A DNA stretch of 63,626 nt, the filler included, from Thraustochytrium aureum (lineage: Eukaryota): NCBI GenBank assembly GCA_012862495.1. It is 5 parts of 4 records of this genome, joined end to end, with 100 filler letters (N's around TTAATTAATTAA, not from the genome) between each part and the next. Parts side by side here need not be neighbours in the genome. Positions count along the whole stretch, not along the records: positions 36,883 to 47,572 come from BLSG01000319.1; positions 47,673 to 54,802 come from BLSG01000319.1; positions 54,903 to 63,626 come from BLSG01000323.1; 2 more parts are not named here. One strand, given 5' to 3'. Made by a program: the position numbers and the translations under genes. Positions 47,402 through 58,107 of this stretch are shown here, piece after piece (positions within the stretch are counted from its first letter, which is position 1; each line of letters starts with the position of its first letter). The notes beneath the pieces are model-generated. The model saw nothing but the letters and a program-made list of their open reading frames with translations. It was not told the DNA's origin and did no database searches.

Positions 47402-47572
47402 ATGCGGTACGCACTCCTGCCGATCCTGTTCCTGGCTTCGACCAATGCGAGCTCTTTGCAGCTTCCGCCCTCTGGAGCAGCGCACTTTGGGTGCTTTCCC
47501 GTCCAAGGCGGAATCCTTCGCAGCAAGAGCAGCTCTGAAGGGCCAGAGGCTTGCCGCAGCGCCTGCTTGGGT
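47402..47572 (+). CDS. 5' fragment of a secreted protein with a WSC-like start
   Basis: Signal-like MRYALLPILFLASTNA, then HFGCF...GPEACRSAC resembling the WSC pattern (YxGCF...CxxxC). Cut by the linker. Confidence 0.55.
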
Positions 47573-47616
47573 NNNNNNNNNNNNNNNNNNNNNNNNNNNN
47601 NNNNNNNNNNNNNNNN

Positions 47617-47628
47617 TTAATTAATTAA
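47617..47628. other. Artificial contig linker
   Basis: N-TTAATTAATTAA-N. Confidence 0.97.
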
Positions 47629-47672
47629 NNNNNNNNNNNNNNNNNNNNNNNNNNNNNNNNNNNNNNNNNNNN

Positions 47673-47960
47673 ACGCGCGAGACGCTAAAGCTCTTTGGCG
47701 CCTCCCAGAGTTCTCTTGGGCATTCGCTGGGTGACGCGTCCCACGCCATCGACGGCAATACCAACAGCAACTATTTCAAGGAAAGCTGCACGCACACCAA
47801 ATCCGAGTCCAACCCGTCCTGGAGGGCCTTCACGAACCGCCACGAGAGCGACATCGACGTGATCCAGCTCTTCAACCGCAAGGATTGCTGCTCCAGCCGC
47901 CTCAGCGGTGTCCGAGTCTTTGTTAATGGCAAGCGCTTCACCAACCTCGAGTACAAATGA
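47673..47960 (+). CDS. 3' fragment encoding an F-type (fucolectin/FTP) lectin domain; absent from the ORF track
   Basis: Manual translation: TRETLKLFGASQSSLGHSLGDASHAIDGNTNSNYFKESCTHTKSESNPSWRAFTNRHESDIDVIQLFNRKDCCSSRLSGVRVFVNGKRFTNLEYK*. It contains AIDGN, CTHT and NRxDCCxxRL. Confidence 0.85.
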   Translation, partial: TRETLKLFGASQSSLGHSLGDASHAIDGNTNSNYFKESCTHTKSESNPSWRAFTNRHESDIDVIQLFNRKDCCSSRLSGVRVFVNGKRFTNLEYK

Positions 47961-49099
47961 ATGTGCGCGAGGCCTCTCTTTCCCTCGCACGAAGCCAGCC
48001 AGCTAGCGTGCAACCGGCAGGTGTTGCAACAGCGTCGGGCCGCTCCGTTCGAGCACGCGGACGCCAGAGCAGCGCCGCAGAACGAGCGCCAGCGCTTCGC
48101 CGGGCAGCCGCAAGGGAAACAGCAAAGCGAAAAGCGAAACCTTTAAAAAAATCCAGTTCCTCTCCAGTGGCCGCCATCCATCCTTTCAGCGTCGATCCGG
48201 GTCGTCCCGCCGGACAGCCTCTTGTTCGAGCGCAGGGCTCCCTCGTCCAAGTCTCCGTTTGTACTTGTTCAGGCCTTCGCAGTGCAGCCCGAGTACCCAA
48301 CCAGAGCAAACGCTCCGACTTGCCCCGAGCAATCAGGTAAGTAGGCCAACACTGTCCCGAGTACTGTCACGTCGAGGACCTCACGACATCGATCGAGGAC
48401 ACGAGCTCTGTTGCCACACCCGAGCACCCTCGCGAACAAGATTTGGAACTAGCTCGCTTTTGACAAGATTGATCTTGATCAAGATTGGCTCTAACTCTAC
48501 CCGAGTACCCTACCCTACCCTACCCCACTGGAGCAGGTCTCTGTTCACTTCACAACGCCAGGAGCCTCTTGAGGAAACGGACAAACCTCCGTGTGGGCAA
48601 GTACTTTCCCCGCGCCGCGCTGTTGCTGTGCCGGTGGCTGCGCTGTGGTTATGCCGAGGGCAGGACGAGCGGAATGGTGAGTTGCTCCGACGGCGTCCCG
48701 CTCTTGCGGAGAAACGTGCTTCGGTCGTTGCTTTGCCGCCTTTTCTTTCGTGGGCGACTTCGGAAGAGCCACAGGACAACTCCGCTTGCAGGACGCGCCA
48801 GCACGCTCCCAGGCACGCACTCGCGCCAGCACGCTCTGTCGCACTCGCGCCTCTGCCCGGCTCGCTACTGCTTGCTTGCTTGCTTGCTTGCGAGCGTGCG
48901 CGCGAGCAGCGAGCGAGCGAGCGCTGCCGTGCCTCGGCAGGCGGTCTCGAAGGTCTGGTCGCACGGCCGTTTGCACTCGAGCGGGCTCCCGAAGGACGGC
49001 GCGCGGACGAGGGGCCGCGCAGACGCGCGAAGGGTCAGCAAGAGGGGGAGGCAAGACACCGGACGCGCGGACGGGCGAGCGCGGGGCGAGGCCGGCACG

Positions 49100-49621
49100 A
49101 TGAGTAGCCTCTCGTCGTTCGCGAAGCACCACCTTATGAGCCAGCTTCAGGAGCTGAAAAAGTCTCCACCGGACAACGTTTCGATCGGGCTCCACGAGGA
49201 CCAGCTGCACATCTGGGAGTGCATGTTCATGGGCCCCAACGGGAGCCTGTACGAAGGCGGCTTCTTCAAGGCCCTTCTCGAGTTTCCCGCCGACTTTCCC
49301 AACAACCCTCCCACCATGCGCTTCGTGACGCCCATTCTGCACCCCAACGTCTACCCGGACGGCAAGGTCTGCATCTCCATCCTCCACCCGCCCGGCGAGG
49401 ACAAATTCAACGAGCAAGAGAGCGCGGACGAGCGCTGGCGCCCCATCCTTGGCGTCGAGGCCATTCTCATTTCGGTGCTCTCGATGCTCACGGACGACGA
49501 GCCCAACCTGGACTCGCCGGCCAACATCGACGCTGCCAAGCTGTACAAGGACGATATCAAGGCGTACAAAAAGCAGGTGCGCCGCCTCACGCAGCGATCT
49601 GCTGAGAGCTACCTTGAATAG
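49100..49621 (+). CDS. Ubiquitin-conjugating enzyme E2, UBE2G/Ubc7 type
   Basis: YEGGFFKALLEFPADFPNNPP, HPNVYPDGKVCISILH (catalytic Cys), acidic insert PPGEDKFNEQESADERWRP, DSPANIDAA. Confidence 0.95.
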   Translation: MSSLSSFAKHHLMSQLQELKKSPPDNVSIGLHEDQLHIWECMFMGPNGSLYEGGFFKALLEFPADFPNNPPTMRFVTPILHPNVYPDGKVCISILHPPGEDKFNEQESADERWRPILGVEAILISVLSMLTDDEPNLDSPANIDAAKLYKDDIKAYKKQVRRLTQRSAESYLE

Positions 49622-50125
49622 GCTTTTGCTGTCAATATAGCGCGTTAGCTCCCTCCTCCGCCCGTGCAGTGGTCGCTCGTAGGCGGTCAGCCGGCCTGGT
49701 CCTGGCTGCGCCTGCGACGTACCGAGCCCGGCTAGGTTTGCACGGCGTGCGCGCTCTTTGGCGGACATGGCGTCCTCCACTTCTCCCACTCGCTATCTAT
49801 CGACCAATCGCGCGCAGCGCAACGATCCAGTTCGCTCCTTGCGCGCAAGCCGAGAATGAGCGAACCTAAATAAATCCCAGAATCGCCGTCAGGCGAGAGC
49901 CGCCACCCCTTTCTTGCTTGCCCCTGAGAATTCTTCTTATCGCCTGCCGTGGCCAGGCCTGCTTGAGCGCCTCGAACGACGCCAGTTGGCCCCCGATGCA
50001 CGCAAGCCGAACCTGTTGCATCAAGGCCCAGAGCAGAGAGTAGAATCAAAGCCCGAACCGAAATTGAGAACCGGGCCCCGAATCGCCGTCAAGCGAGAGC
50101 CGCCGCGTCAAGCCCGTCAAAATCT

Positions 50126-50385
50126 TCATGCCGCGCGCCATGACCAGGCCTCCTTGAGCGCCTCAAACGTATCCTGCGGGTCGCCGATGCGCGCCGCCTC
50201 CAGCAGCTGCCGCTTGCGCCAATAGTCCTGGCCAGCCTCAAAGGCGGCCGCGGCGTCCTCGAGCCCCTCGGCGGCCGCCGCGCCGGCCATCTGCCTGGCA
50301 AAGACCTCGAGGTCCTCCAAGCACTGGCGCGCCTGCTCAAAGCAGGCCTCGGCGCGCTGCGCCAGCCGCAGCTCGAGGGCGTCCG
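50126..50385 (-). CDS. Short helical coding fragment next to a gap
   Basis: DALELRLAQRAEACFEQARQCLEDLEVFARQM...FEALKEAWSWRAA* with coding-like codon use. No family assigned. Confidence 0.35.
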
Positions 50386-50536
50386 NNNNNNNNNNNNNNN
50401 NNNNNNNNNNNNNNNNNNNNNNNNNNNNNNNNNNNNNNNNNNNNNNNNNNNNNNNNNNNNNNNNNNNNNNNNNNNNNNNNNNNNNNNNNNNNNNNNNNNN
50501 NNNNNNNNNNNNNNNNNNNNNNNNNNNNNCTCGCCA

Positions 50537-52463
50537 TGGCGCGATCAGGACATGTCCGATGGCGCTCGGGGCGCTCGCGGCCGCGCGGGTCCTGTCCCTG
50601 TTCGCGCAGGAGGAAGAGGGAGGGGAGGAGGCGGAAGGCGGGGGGCGTGCGCCCTGGAGATGCCTCGAGGACAGGCACGTGCGCGCGGCGGTCGAGCGGA
50701 ACGGAGAGGGCGCCGCGCTGGCGCTGCTCCGATGCGCCCGCGACGGCTTGCGCAGCCTGCCTGAGCGCGACGCGTGGGCCGCCAGCGCGGCGTCGGCAGG
50801 GACGCGGGCCGGGTTAGCGGTGGTCCAGCTCGTGCTCGCGAAACGGTGGCTCTGCGAAAGCCTCGACGCCTGCTCGGAGGTGCTCGCCTTCTGGGACGAC
50901 CTCAACTTGCAACCGGCCCGGCGCGCGGCACTGGCGCTGGTGCGCAAGGCGCCGCTGCCAAACCTCGGGGGGCTCGAGCTCGCCATGCTGGCGCTCATCA
51001 ACAAGCTCGGCCGTGTCGAGCGCCTGCTGCACCGGGATGGCCCGCGCGCGCACGCAGCGCGAGGCTGGGGTCTGCATGGGCAAGGCCGATGCTCTGTTCA
51101 CTGCACTCGGAAAGCCTTCGGCGCCTCTTGGGCGCAAACCCGGCCGGCCCGCGCTTGAGGCCGTCCTCGACCTGTTCCTGGACCCCGGCGCGCTGCGCGC
51201 CTCCATCCGGGGCGTTGCAGAGTCGACGGCTGCGCCAGGCTCCTTGCATATCCCCAGTATTGCTCAGCTGTACTGGCCAGAGATCGCGCTGGTGGCGGCT
51301 GGCGCTGGACTCGTCCTGCACGCTCTGCTTACTGGCGGGCTGACGCACTGGCTCAACGACGCAAGTAGGTCGCGTCGGAGCGCTGCAGGGCGGCCGATCG
51401 CCAAAGACGCCCCGAGCCCCGCGTCCTTGGACGAGATCGTCTCGCTGGCGTGGCGAGTCAAGGCTCGCGCAGCGCAATGGCTCAACAAAAAGTTTCTTCA
51501 GCATGTCACCGTTCCGACGCGCAACCTCATCAACGAGCTGATCAACCACGAAGTTTTGGCGGCAGACATCGAGCTCTTCGACGCGTTCGACGCTCAAAAC
51601 CTTCGCGAGAGCGAGACTTTTCTAGACGAGATGCTGCGCGACCATGCCGCGACGGCACGGGCGCGGCCCGTGTGGGCCCTGGTTGCCGCATCCGGAGACC
51701 AGGGCGGCTCCCATACAATAGGCACGCGACTTGCGCGCACGCTGACGACGCTCGGAAAGCAGGCAGGGGCCATGGGCGGCGGCCGCGGGTGCCGGGGCGC
51801 GCAGGGGCCGCAGCCGACGCAGCCGACGCAGCCGGTGGCAGAGATCCGGGAAAAGAAGGTCTACGGCCCGGTGGCAGTCCGCGCGATGCGCGGTGATGAG
51901 GCGCTCGAGCTGGCCGCAGACGACTTTGAGGCTTTGACCAAGAGCCCGCTGGGGTCGCTGCTTCGGAGCGGGCGGGACGTGACCAACTTGATGCGCCCGA
52001 TCGCGATCAACTTTTATTTATCAAGGTCGAGATGCTCTATGTGCTCAAGGCGCTCGACTACCTGCTCAAGGGCACCAACTTTAACTTTGAGCTTATCGCC
52101 ACCGTGCCGGCCGTGCTGGCCGCGACCCTGCTCTGTCGCGGCGCCTACCGCGTGCTGTTTCGAGGCGCCGCAAAGCGTCGCTCTGCTGCTGTCGTTGTGC
52201 AGCGCGTGCGCTTTCTGTACCGCGACCTCGACCAGCTGCTCAACCGACTCAACCTCAGCGACAACTTGCACGTGGGCCGCTACGCGCTACTGTTGCACCA
52301 GCTTGACGACACGCTCACTTCGCACCTCTGGCCGGGCCTCTCTTGCGCAGAGCGCCGCTGCATCCGCGACCTCCTTCACCGCCTCGACGACCCGTTCGCG
52401 CGGTCCGTACCGCGGACCTTGGCGCGCCTCTCCGCAGCTCTGCAGGCGCTCGCCAACAGCTGA
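50537..52463 (+). CDS. NCA2/DGS1-like mitochondrial membrane protein, several frameshifts
   Basis: TM segment followed by FLQHVTVPTRNLINEL, ESETFLDEMLRD, FEALTKSPLGSLL and LKALDYLLKGTNFNFELIATVPAVL, which fits the NCA2 pattern (lDqll..n.lnF.l.a.vPa). Confidence 0.65.
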
Positions 52464-52761
52464 GTTGCTCGAGGCAGCGGATCGAGCAGAGCAGAGCAGC
52501 AGAAGGCCAACGAGCCGTGTTCCGTGAAGGCTGGCCGTGTCGACTGTGCTGCAGGCCTGCGAAGCGCTCGCTGGTGCGAACACTTTGCGTTTGTACTCGT
52601 ACTCAACACAGGCGCCAAAGCTTACGCACGGCAAGCGTAGCGTGGCGCCGGGCAAGAAAATGCAGGCGGCGAAAAAGTTCCACGGCAAACAAGCGCTTTC
52701 TCTTTCTTGATCTATACTCGCCATGTGGTTGATCAAGACCAGTTGAGCATCGCAATGCAGG

Positions 52762-54802
52762 TTAGACCGAAAAGCGCACGTACTCGGCGATCGGCGCTTG
52801 GTGGCTCGTCGCGAAGGCCGTGGACGCCACGCCGAGCATGACGACCCGCGTCCCTGGCGCGACGGGCTCTGCGCCATTCGCGTCCACGCGGGCCCCGTCG
52901 GAGGAGCCAGCAGGGGGCTCGACCGTCACGAGCGTGTCGAGCACGTCCTCAAAGAGGCCAAGCGAGCGGATCTTGCGAACTGAACTCGGCACCGGCGTGA
53001 GGAGCGAGATCCTGTGCGAAGGCCGCGTTTGGAACCAGGCATCCACGACGAGAGCCGCGTCCTCGAGAACCTGGTCGACTACGGAAGTGACGATGACCCG
53101 AGCCGCCCCCAGGAGCTGGCACGCGTGCGCGACGGCCTCGTCCGAGGGCGACGTCGCCTCGAGCTTGACCGAGGCAGGCAACGTAGCGTTCACGTTGGAA
53201 GGCAGAGCGGCGGCGGGCACGTACACGCGCGGCGACGGACCTACGATCGAGCAGAGCTCGAGGATCTGCGGCAGCGTGCGGCAAACGAAGACTACCGTCG
53301 GCTTGGTCTCGTACACTGTGCGAACCACGGCGGGTTGAGCGCTCCAAGACATGCAGTACACATCGAGCTTGGGGGCGGTTGCCTTGACAGAAGCCAAGTC
53401 GATGATCGCATACGGCGTGGCCACGCGCTCGTACTTGATCATCTCGTCTGCGAGCCAGGTCACGGGGTCCAGGAGGCCCTCCCGCGACAGCGATGCCGAA
53501 AACACCGCCTGCGCGGGTAGCAGCGTCGAGGAGGAGAACGAGGCGGCGCGGATCTTGCGCTGCAACGGCGAGCCCGGCGTGGTGCCACTAAACATGGAAG
53601 GTGCAGCGCCCGGCGGCGTGCTCGGCACGAGGGAACTTGCTTGTGCAGCGCCCCGATCGGGGCGACGCGACGAGTCGCTGGCTTGGTCCTCAAGAAGCAC
53701 ACTATGCAGGTTGAGCACGAGCTCGTCGACAGAGTACTGGCTTTCGCCCAACACGAACGACATGTTGAGGTCCTCGGTGGACTCGCTGAGGAGGAGCAGG
53801 TTGAACTTTTCCAGCTCGCGGAACGCGTCTGCCATCCCGTGCAGGAGCGAGCGCAGCTTGCGGCCCACGATCGAAACAACGGTGCAGTCCGTCTCCACTT
53901 GCACCGTGCCCTGGCGACGAAGCGCGCGGAGCAACAGCTTGAAAGGCTCGCCCGAGATCCCCCCCGGGATGTAATCCAGCGTCATGCTCACTGCGTACTG
54001 GGAGGTCGCGATCAAGTCCACCGAAATGTCGAGCCGCCCGAAGGGAGCGAACACGCGCGAGAGGAAGCCACTCTCGCCCCACATGTCGACCGTGGATATT
54101 GTCAGGAGCACCTGGCCCGTGCGACGGGCGATGGCCATCACTTTGCTCTCGCCGCCATTTGTGAGGCACTCGGGGGCCATAATTCGCGTCAGCTTGTCGC
54201 TCTGTGTCATCGTGTTGTGAATCTCGACGGGGACGTTGGCCCACGAGGCCGGCCCCAGGCATCGCGGGTGCAGGACCTTGGCCCCCATGGCTGCGAGCTC
54301 CTGCGCTTCGCGGTACGAGAGCTCCTCGATGAGACGCGCTGCGGGAACCTGGCGCGGGTCAGAGGAGAACATGCCGTCCACGTCGGTCCAGATCTCCAGC
54401 CGCTGCGCGCAGAGCAGGGCAGCAAACAGAGCGCCAGAAGTGTCACTGCCGCCGCGGCCGAGCACGCACGGCTGGCCCTCCGGCGTGCTCGCGATAAAGC
54501 CCTGCGTGATCACGATGTCGTGGTCCAGAAACACGGACGCACGATGGTCGACCATGCCGGCGGACGACAGCGAGGCGGCGCCGTCCGTTTCGGCGGCGAG
54601 CTGCTGCGCGGCGCGCGCGAGGTCCAGGCTGAACGGGGTCACGTCTGCATTGAGGAACTTGTCTGTTGGGTTGATAGCGCCGATTCCGTCCGCGTCTTTG
54701 CCTGCTCCTGAGACAAGGACGCGCCGCGCGTCTGCGAGGCCGACCTTGCGATCGGACAGCTCGCGCGCAAGGACCTGCTCGCCGATGTGGCTGCTCATGA
54801 GC
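52762..54802 (-). CDS. Aspartate kinase (kinase + ACT domains) with C-terminal extension; 5' end cut by the linker
   Basis: ITQGFIAS, LGRGGSDTSGA, EIWTDVDGMFSSDPR, LSYREAQELAAMGAKVLHP; ACT region GFLSRVFAPFGRLDISVDLIATS and VSIVGRKLR. Confidence 0.93.
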
Positions 54803-54846
54803 NNNNNNNNNNNNNNNNNNNNNNNNNNNNNNNNNNNNNNNNNNNN

Positions 54847-54858
54847 TTAATTAATTAA
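54847..54858. other. Artificial contig linker
   Basis: N-TTAATTAATTAA-N. Confidence 0.97.
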
Positions 54859-54902
54859 NNNNNNNNNNNNNNNNNNNNNNNNNNNNNNNNNNNNNNNNNN
54901 NN

Positions 54903-54933
54903 AAATCAATCAGTCAATCAATCAATCAATCAA
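54903..54933. repeat. (AATC)n microsatellite at contig start
   Basis: aaatcaatcagtcaatcaatcaatcaatcaa. Confidence 0.85.
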
Positions 54934-55522
54934 GCGGCATTGGCAGACTCCGCGACAATGGTCGACGATGGCGCAGCAGCAGGAGCTGAAGACGCGAGTC
55001 CACCACCAAGAGCTGGGAGGAAGGAGAGCCTGAGCATCCTCCCTTTGGCGTTGCGGCGCACGCAAAGTGGACCGTTCGCTCGCAGCAAGTGCTTCACGGC
55101 CGGCACGTGATCGCTGTCCGAGCGTCGGTGTGTGAGGTCGTCTACGAGAACGTGAAGCCGCGCTTTGGGCGCGAGATGTTGAAAACGAGACGCGCGACCC
55201 AATTGTGTGCGCCTTTTCTGACGACGAAGGCTCTATCCAGCTCATGACCCGGCCCACGTTTGTACTTACACTGGTCCAGCAGCCACCACCAACCCCAAAT
55301 AGCGAACAGCCCACCTACTACCGACAGATTCACGAGGCCGCGCACCAAGCGCGCAGGCAGAGCGGCCAGACACGCTGCTGGGGGTGAGGCCGGGCATCGG
55401 CATCAACCACCGCAGAGCTCGTTGCGCCTCGCAAGGCGCTTCGCAACGGGAACCGTATCGGCCGCAGGCTCGAGAGCCGGGCTCAGCAAAACGTGGGCTC
55501 AGCTATCTGACGATAGATAGCC

Positions 55523-56427
55523 ATGCGCAAGGCAGGCCGAGCGGTCGCGTGCGCCGCGGCGCTCCTCTGCGGGTTTGCTGCTGCGACCGCGCCTGCCCGG
55601 CTCGAATCGGGCAACGACCAACTGCTCCTGAACGCTCGAGAGCTCCTGGAAGGCGCACCGCTTGCGAGCACCACCCAGTTTCTCTTTTCCGTCTCGCTTC
55701 AGGTCCGCAACGAGGAGGATACCGCCTTCTTGCACCTTTGCGGTGGGGCGCTGATCCACCCCTCGTTCGTTGTGACAGCTGCAAGCTGCATCAGCGGCGC
55801 CAACGTAGTTCGCGCGGCCGTGGCCCAGCACAATCTGAACGCGGCCCTCGGCGCGTTCGGCGTCATACGAGGCGTAGCCGGCGTCACCATTTCGCCCGGC
55901 TTCGGAGGCACAAACAACGACATTGCTCTTGTTGAGCTGACCAGCGCCGTGACCAACGTGAACCCAATCGCAGTGAACTCGATCAAAGATGCGAAAGAGG
56001 CGGTCGGGAGCACACTCAGGGTAGTTGGGTGGGCGAGCGGCCAGGCCGCACCAATGGCGTTGAGTGCAGCGGACAGGCGCCACGTGGCGACGGTACAGGT
56101 TTACAACAGCCAACAATGCCGCTCGCTGTTGCCTAGCGCGAACGACAACCACATTTGTGCCGGCTTTGTCAGTGCGAGCGAGCCAGCGGCAAGCTGCTTT
56201 GGGGACCTCGGTTCCCCGCTCTTCCACACGTCCGGGGGCAAAGAGACTCTGATCGGCGTGCTGACCCAGCGCGAAGGGTGCGGCACGACAGAGTACCAGG
56301 GCGTCTTCACGCGCGTATCCAACTTTAACAGCTTTATGGAGAGTGTGGTCCCGTTCCCAACGGCGAGCCCCTCAAGGCGACCGACAAGAAGCCCCACGAA
56401 GCGACCGACGCGCGCCCCGACTAAAAA
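55523..56427 (+). CDS. Secreted trypsin-fold (S1A) protease homolog, probably inactive, with a P/T-rich stalk running into a gap
   Basis: Signal peptide; HLCGGALIHPSFVVTAASC, NNDIALVEL, VVGWA, ICAG, SCFGDLGSPL, GVFTRVS; then PTASPSRRPTRSPTKRPTRAPTK. Confidence 0.9.
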
Positions 56428-58107
56428 NNNNNNNNNNNNNNNNNNNNNNNNNNNNNNNNNNNNNNNNNNNNNNNNNNNNNNNNNNNNNNNNNNNNNNNNN
56501 NNNNNNNNNNNNNNNNNNNNNNNNNNNNNNNNNNNNNNNNNNNNNNNNNNNNNNNNNNNNNNNNNNNNNNNNNNNNNNNNNNNNNNNNNNNNNNNNNNNN
56601 NNNNNNNNNNNNNNNNNNNNNNNNNNNNNNNNNNNNNNNNNNNNNNNNNNNNNNNNNNNNNNNNNNNNNNNNNNNNNNNNNNNNNNNNNNNNNNNNNNNN
56701 NNNNNNNNNNNNNNNNNNNNNNNNNNNNNNNNNNNNNNNNNNNNNNNNNNNNNNNNNNNNNNNNNNNNNNNNNNNNNNNNNNNNNNNNNNNNNNNNNNNN
56801 NNNNNNNNNNNNNNNNNNNNNNNNNNNNNNNNNNNNNNNNNNNNNNNNNNNNNNNNNNNNNNNNNNNNNNNNNNNNNNNNNNNNNNNNNNNNNNNNNNNN
56901 NNNNNNNNNNNNNNNNNNNNNNNNNNNNNNNNNNNNNNNNNNNNNNNNNNNNNNNNNNNNNNNNNNNNNNNNNNNNNNNNNNNNNNNNNNNNNNNNNNNN
57001 NNNNNNNNNNNNNNNNNNNNNNNNNNNNNNNNNNNNNNNNNNNNNNNNNNNNNNNNNNNNNNNNNNNNNNNNNNNNNNNNNNNNNNNNNNNNNNNNNNNN
57101 NNNNNNNNNNNNNNNNNNNNNNNNNNNNNNNNNNNNNNNNNNNNNNNNNNNNNNNNNNNNNNNNNNNNNNNNNNNNNNNNNNNNNNNNNNNNNNNNNNNN
57201 NNNNNNNNNNNNNNNNNNNNNNNNNNNNNNNNNNNNNNNNNNNNNNNNNNNNNNNNNNNNNNNNNNNNNNNNNNNNNNNNNNNNNNNNNNNNNNNNNNNN
57301 NNNNNNNNNNNNNNNNNNNNNNNNNNNNNNNNNNNNNNNNNNNNNNNNNNNNNNNNNNNNNNNNNNNNNNNNNNNNNNNNNNTTTGCGTCTGCTGGCCAA
57401 CGCCTTGGACCTTCCGGGCGGCAGTCGACAGCATCGGGCATCTCGACTGGCTCGTCCGCTCACTCGCACGCCTCTTCCGTGTCACAGCAGAGGCCAGCGC
57501 GGGCAGCTGCGAGGTCCACCAGCACCGCTCCAGTCGCGGAGCAACTCGGAGCTAGGACGCAGCCTCCGATGCGCAAGAAGGACAGCGCTCGTGGGGACAG
57601 CGCTCGTGGGGACGACATCCAAGCCAAGCCCAAGAAGCGCTCGGGCGGTTCCGTTTGCGGGCTGGCAGTCGCACGCTTCTTCCACGAGCGCGCAAAACAG
57701 TTCAGAGCGCTCTCCCAGCCCCCGCGGCCAGGTCGGCGCGGCCGGCCAAGAACGATGGCGACCGGCCAACTGGGCGCCAATCAACGGCGTCGGCACAGTC
57801 TGCGCAGTCGGCGCATTCAGCGAAATCGAACCGCAGCGTGGACGAGGTGCTTGGGCCGGTTAGCCGGCCAGCGCGCAACCCGGCGCTTGCGAGGATCCCC
57901 CTCTTTGACAAGCGCGCCAGCCAGATCATTTGACAAGCTCGTGCTGGTGTTCTTGTTCACTACTGTTTGTAACAATAGCTCGATGTGCTGATGAAGTGCC
58001 CTGCCTTTTGCCGGCGCAAGCTTGTCGCGCATCAGCCCCAGTCCTCAGGCTGCCAGTGCTTGAGTGAACCTCGCTTGAGCTAGAGCTTGAGAGAGAAAGA
58101 GAGCTAA

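Noticed and set aside
46934..47624. Poly-Gln, poly-Leu, poly-Asn or poly-Thr ORFs
   Set aside because: All are translations of one CAA/CAG microsatellite. The credible start is the ATG at 47402.
31028..54858. Four identical TTAATTAATTAA palindromes as a biological repeat or transposon target site
   Set aside because: Each is flanked by fixed-length N runs and gives stops in all six frames, so it is a contig-concatenation spacer.
57383..57991. C-terminal continuation of the trypsin-like gene
   Set aside because: Plausible, but separated by a gap of about 950 N, low complexity, and the frame cannot be determined.
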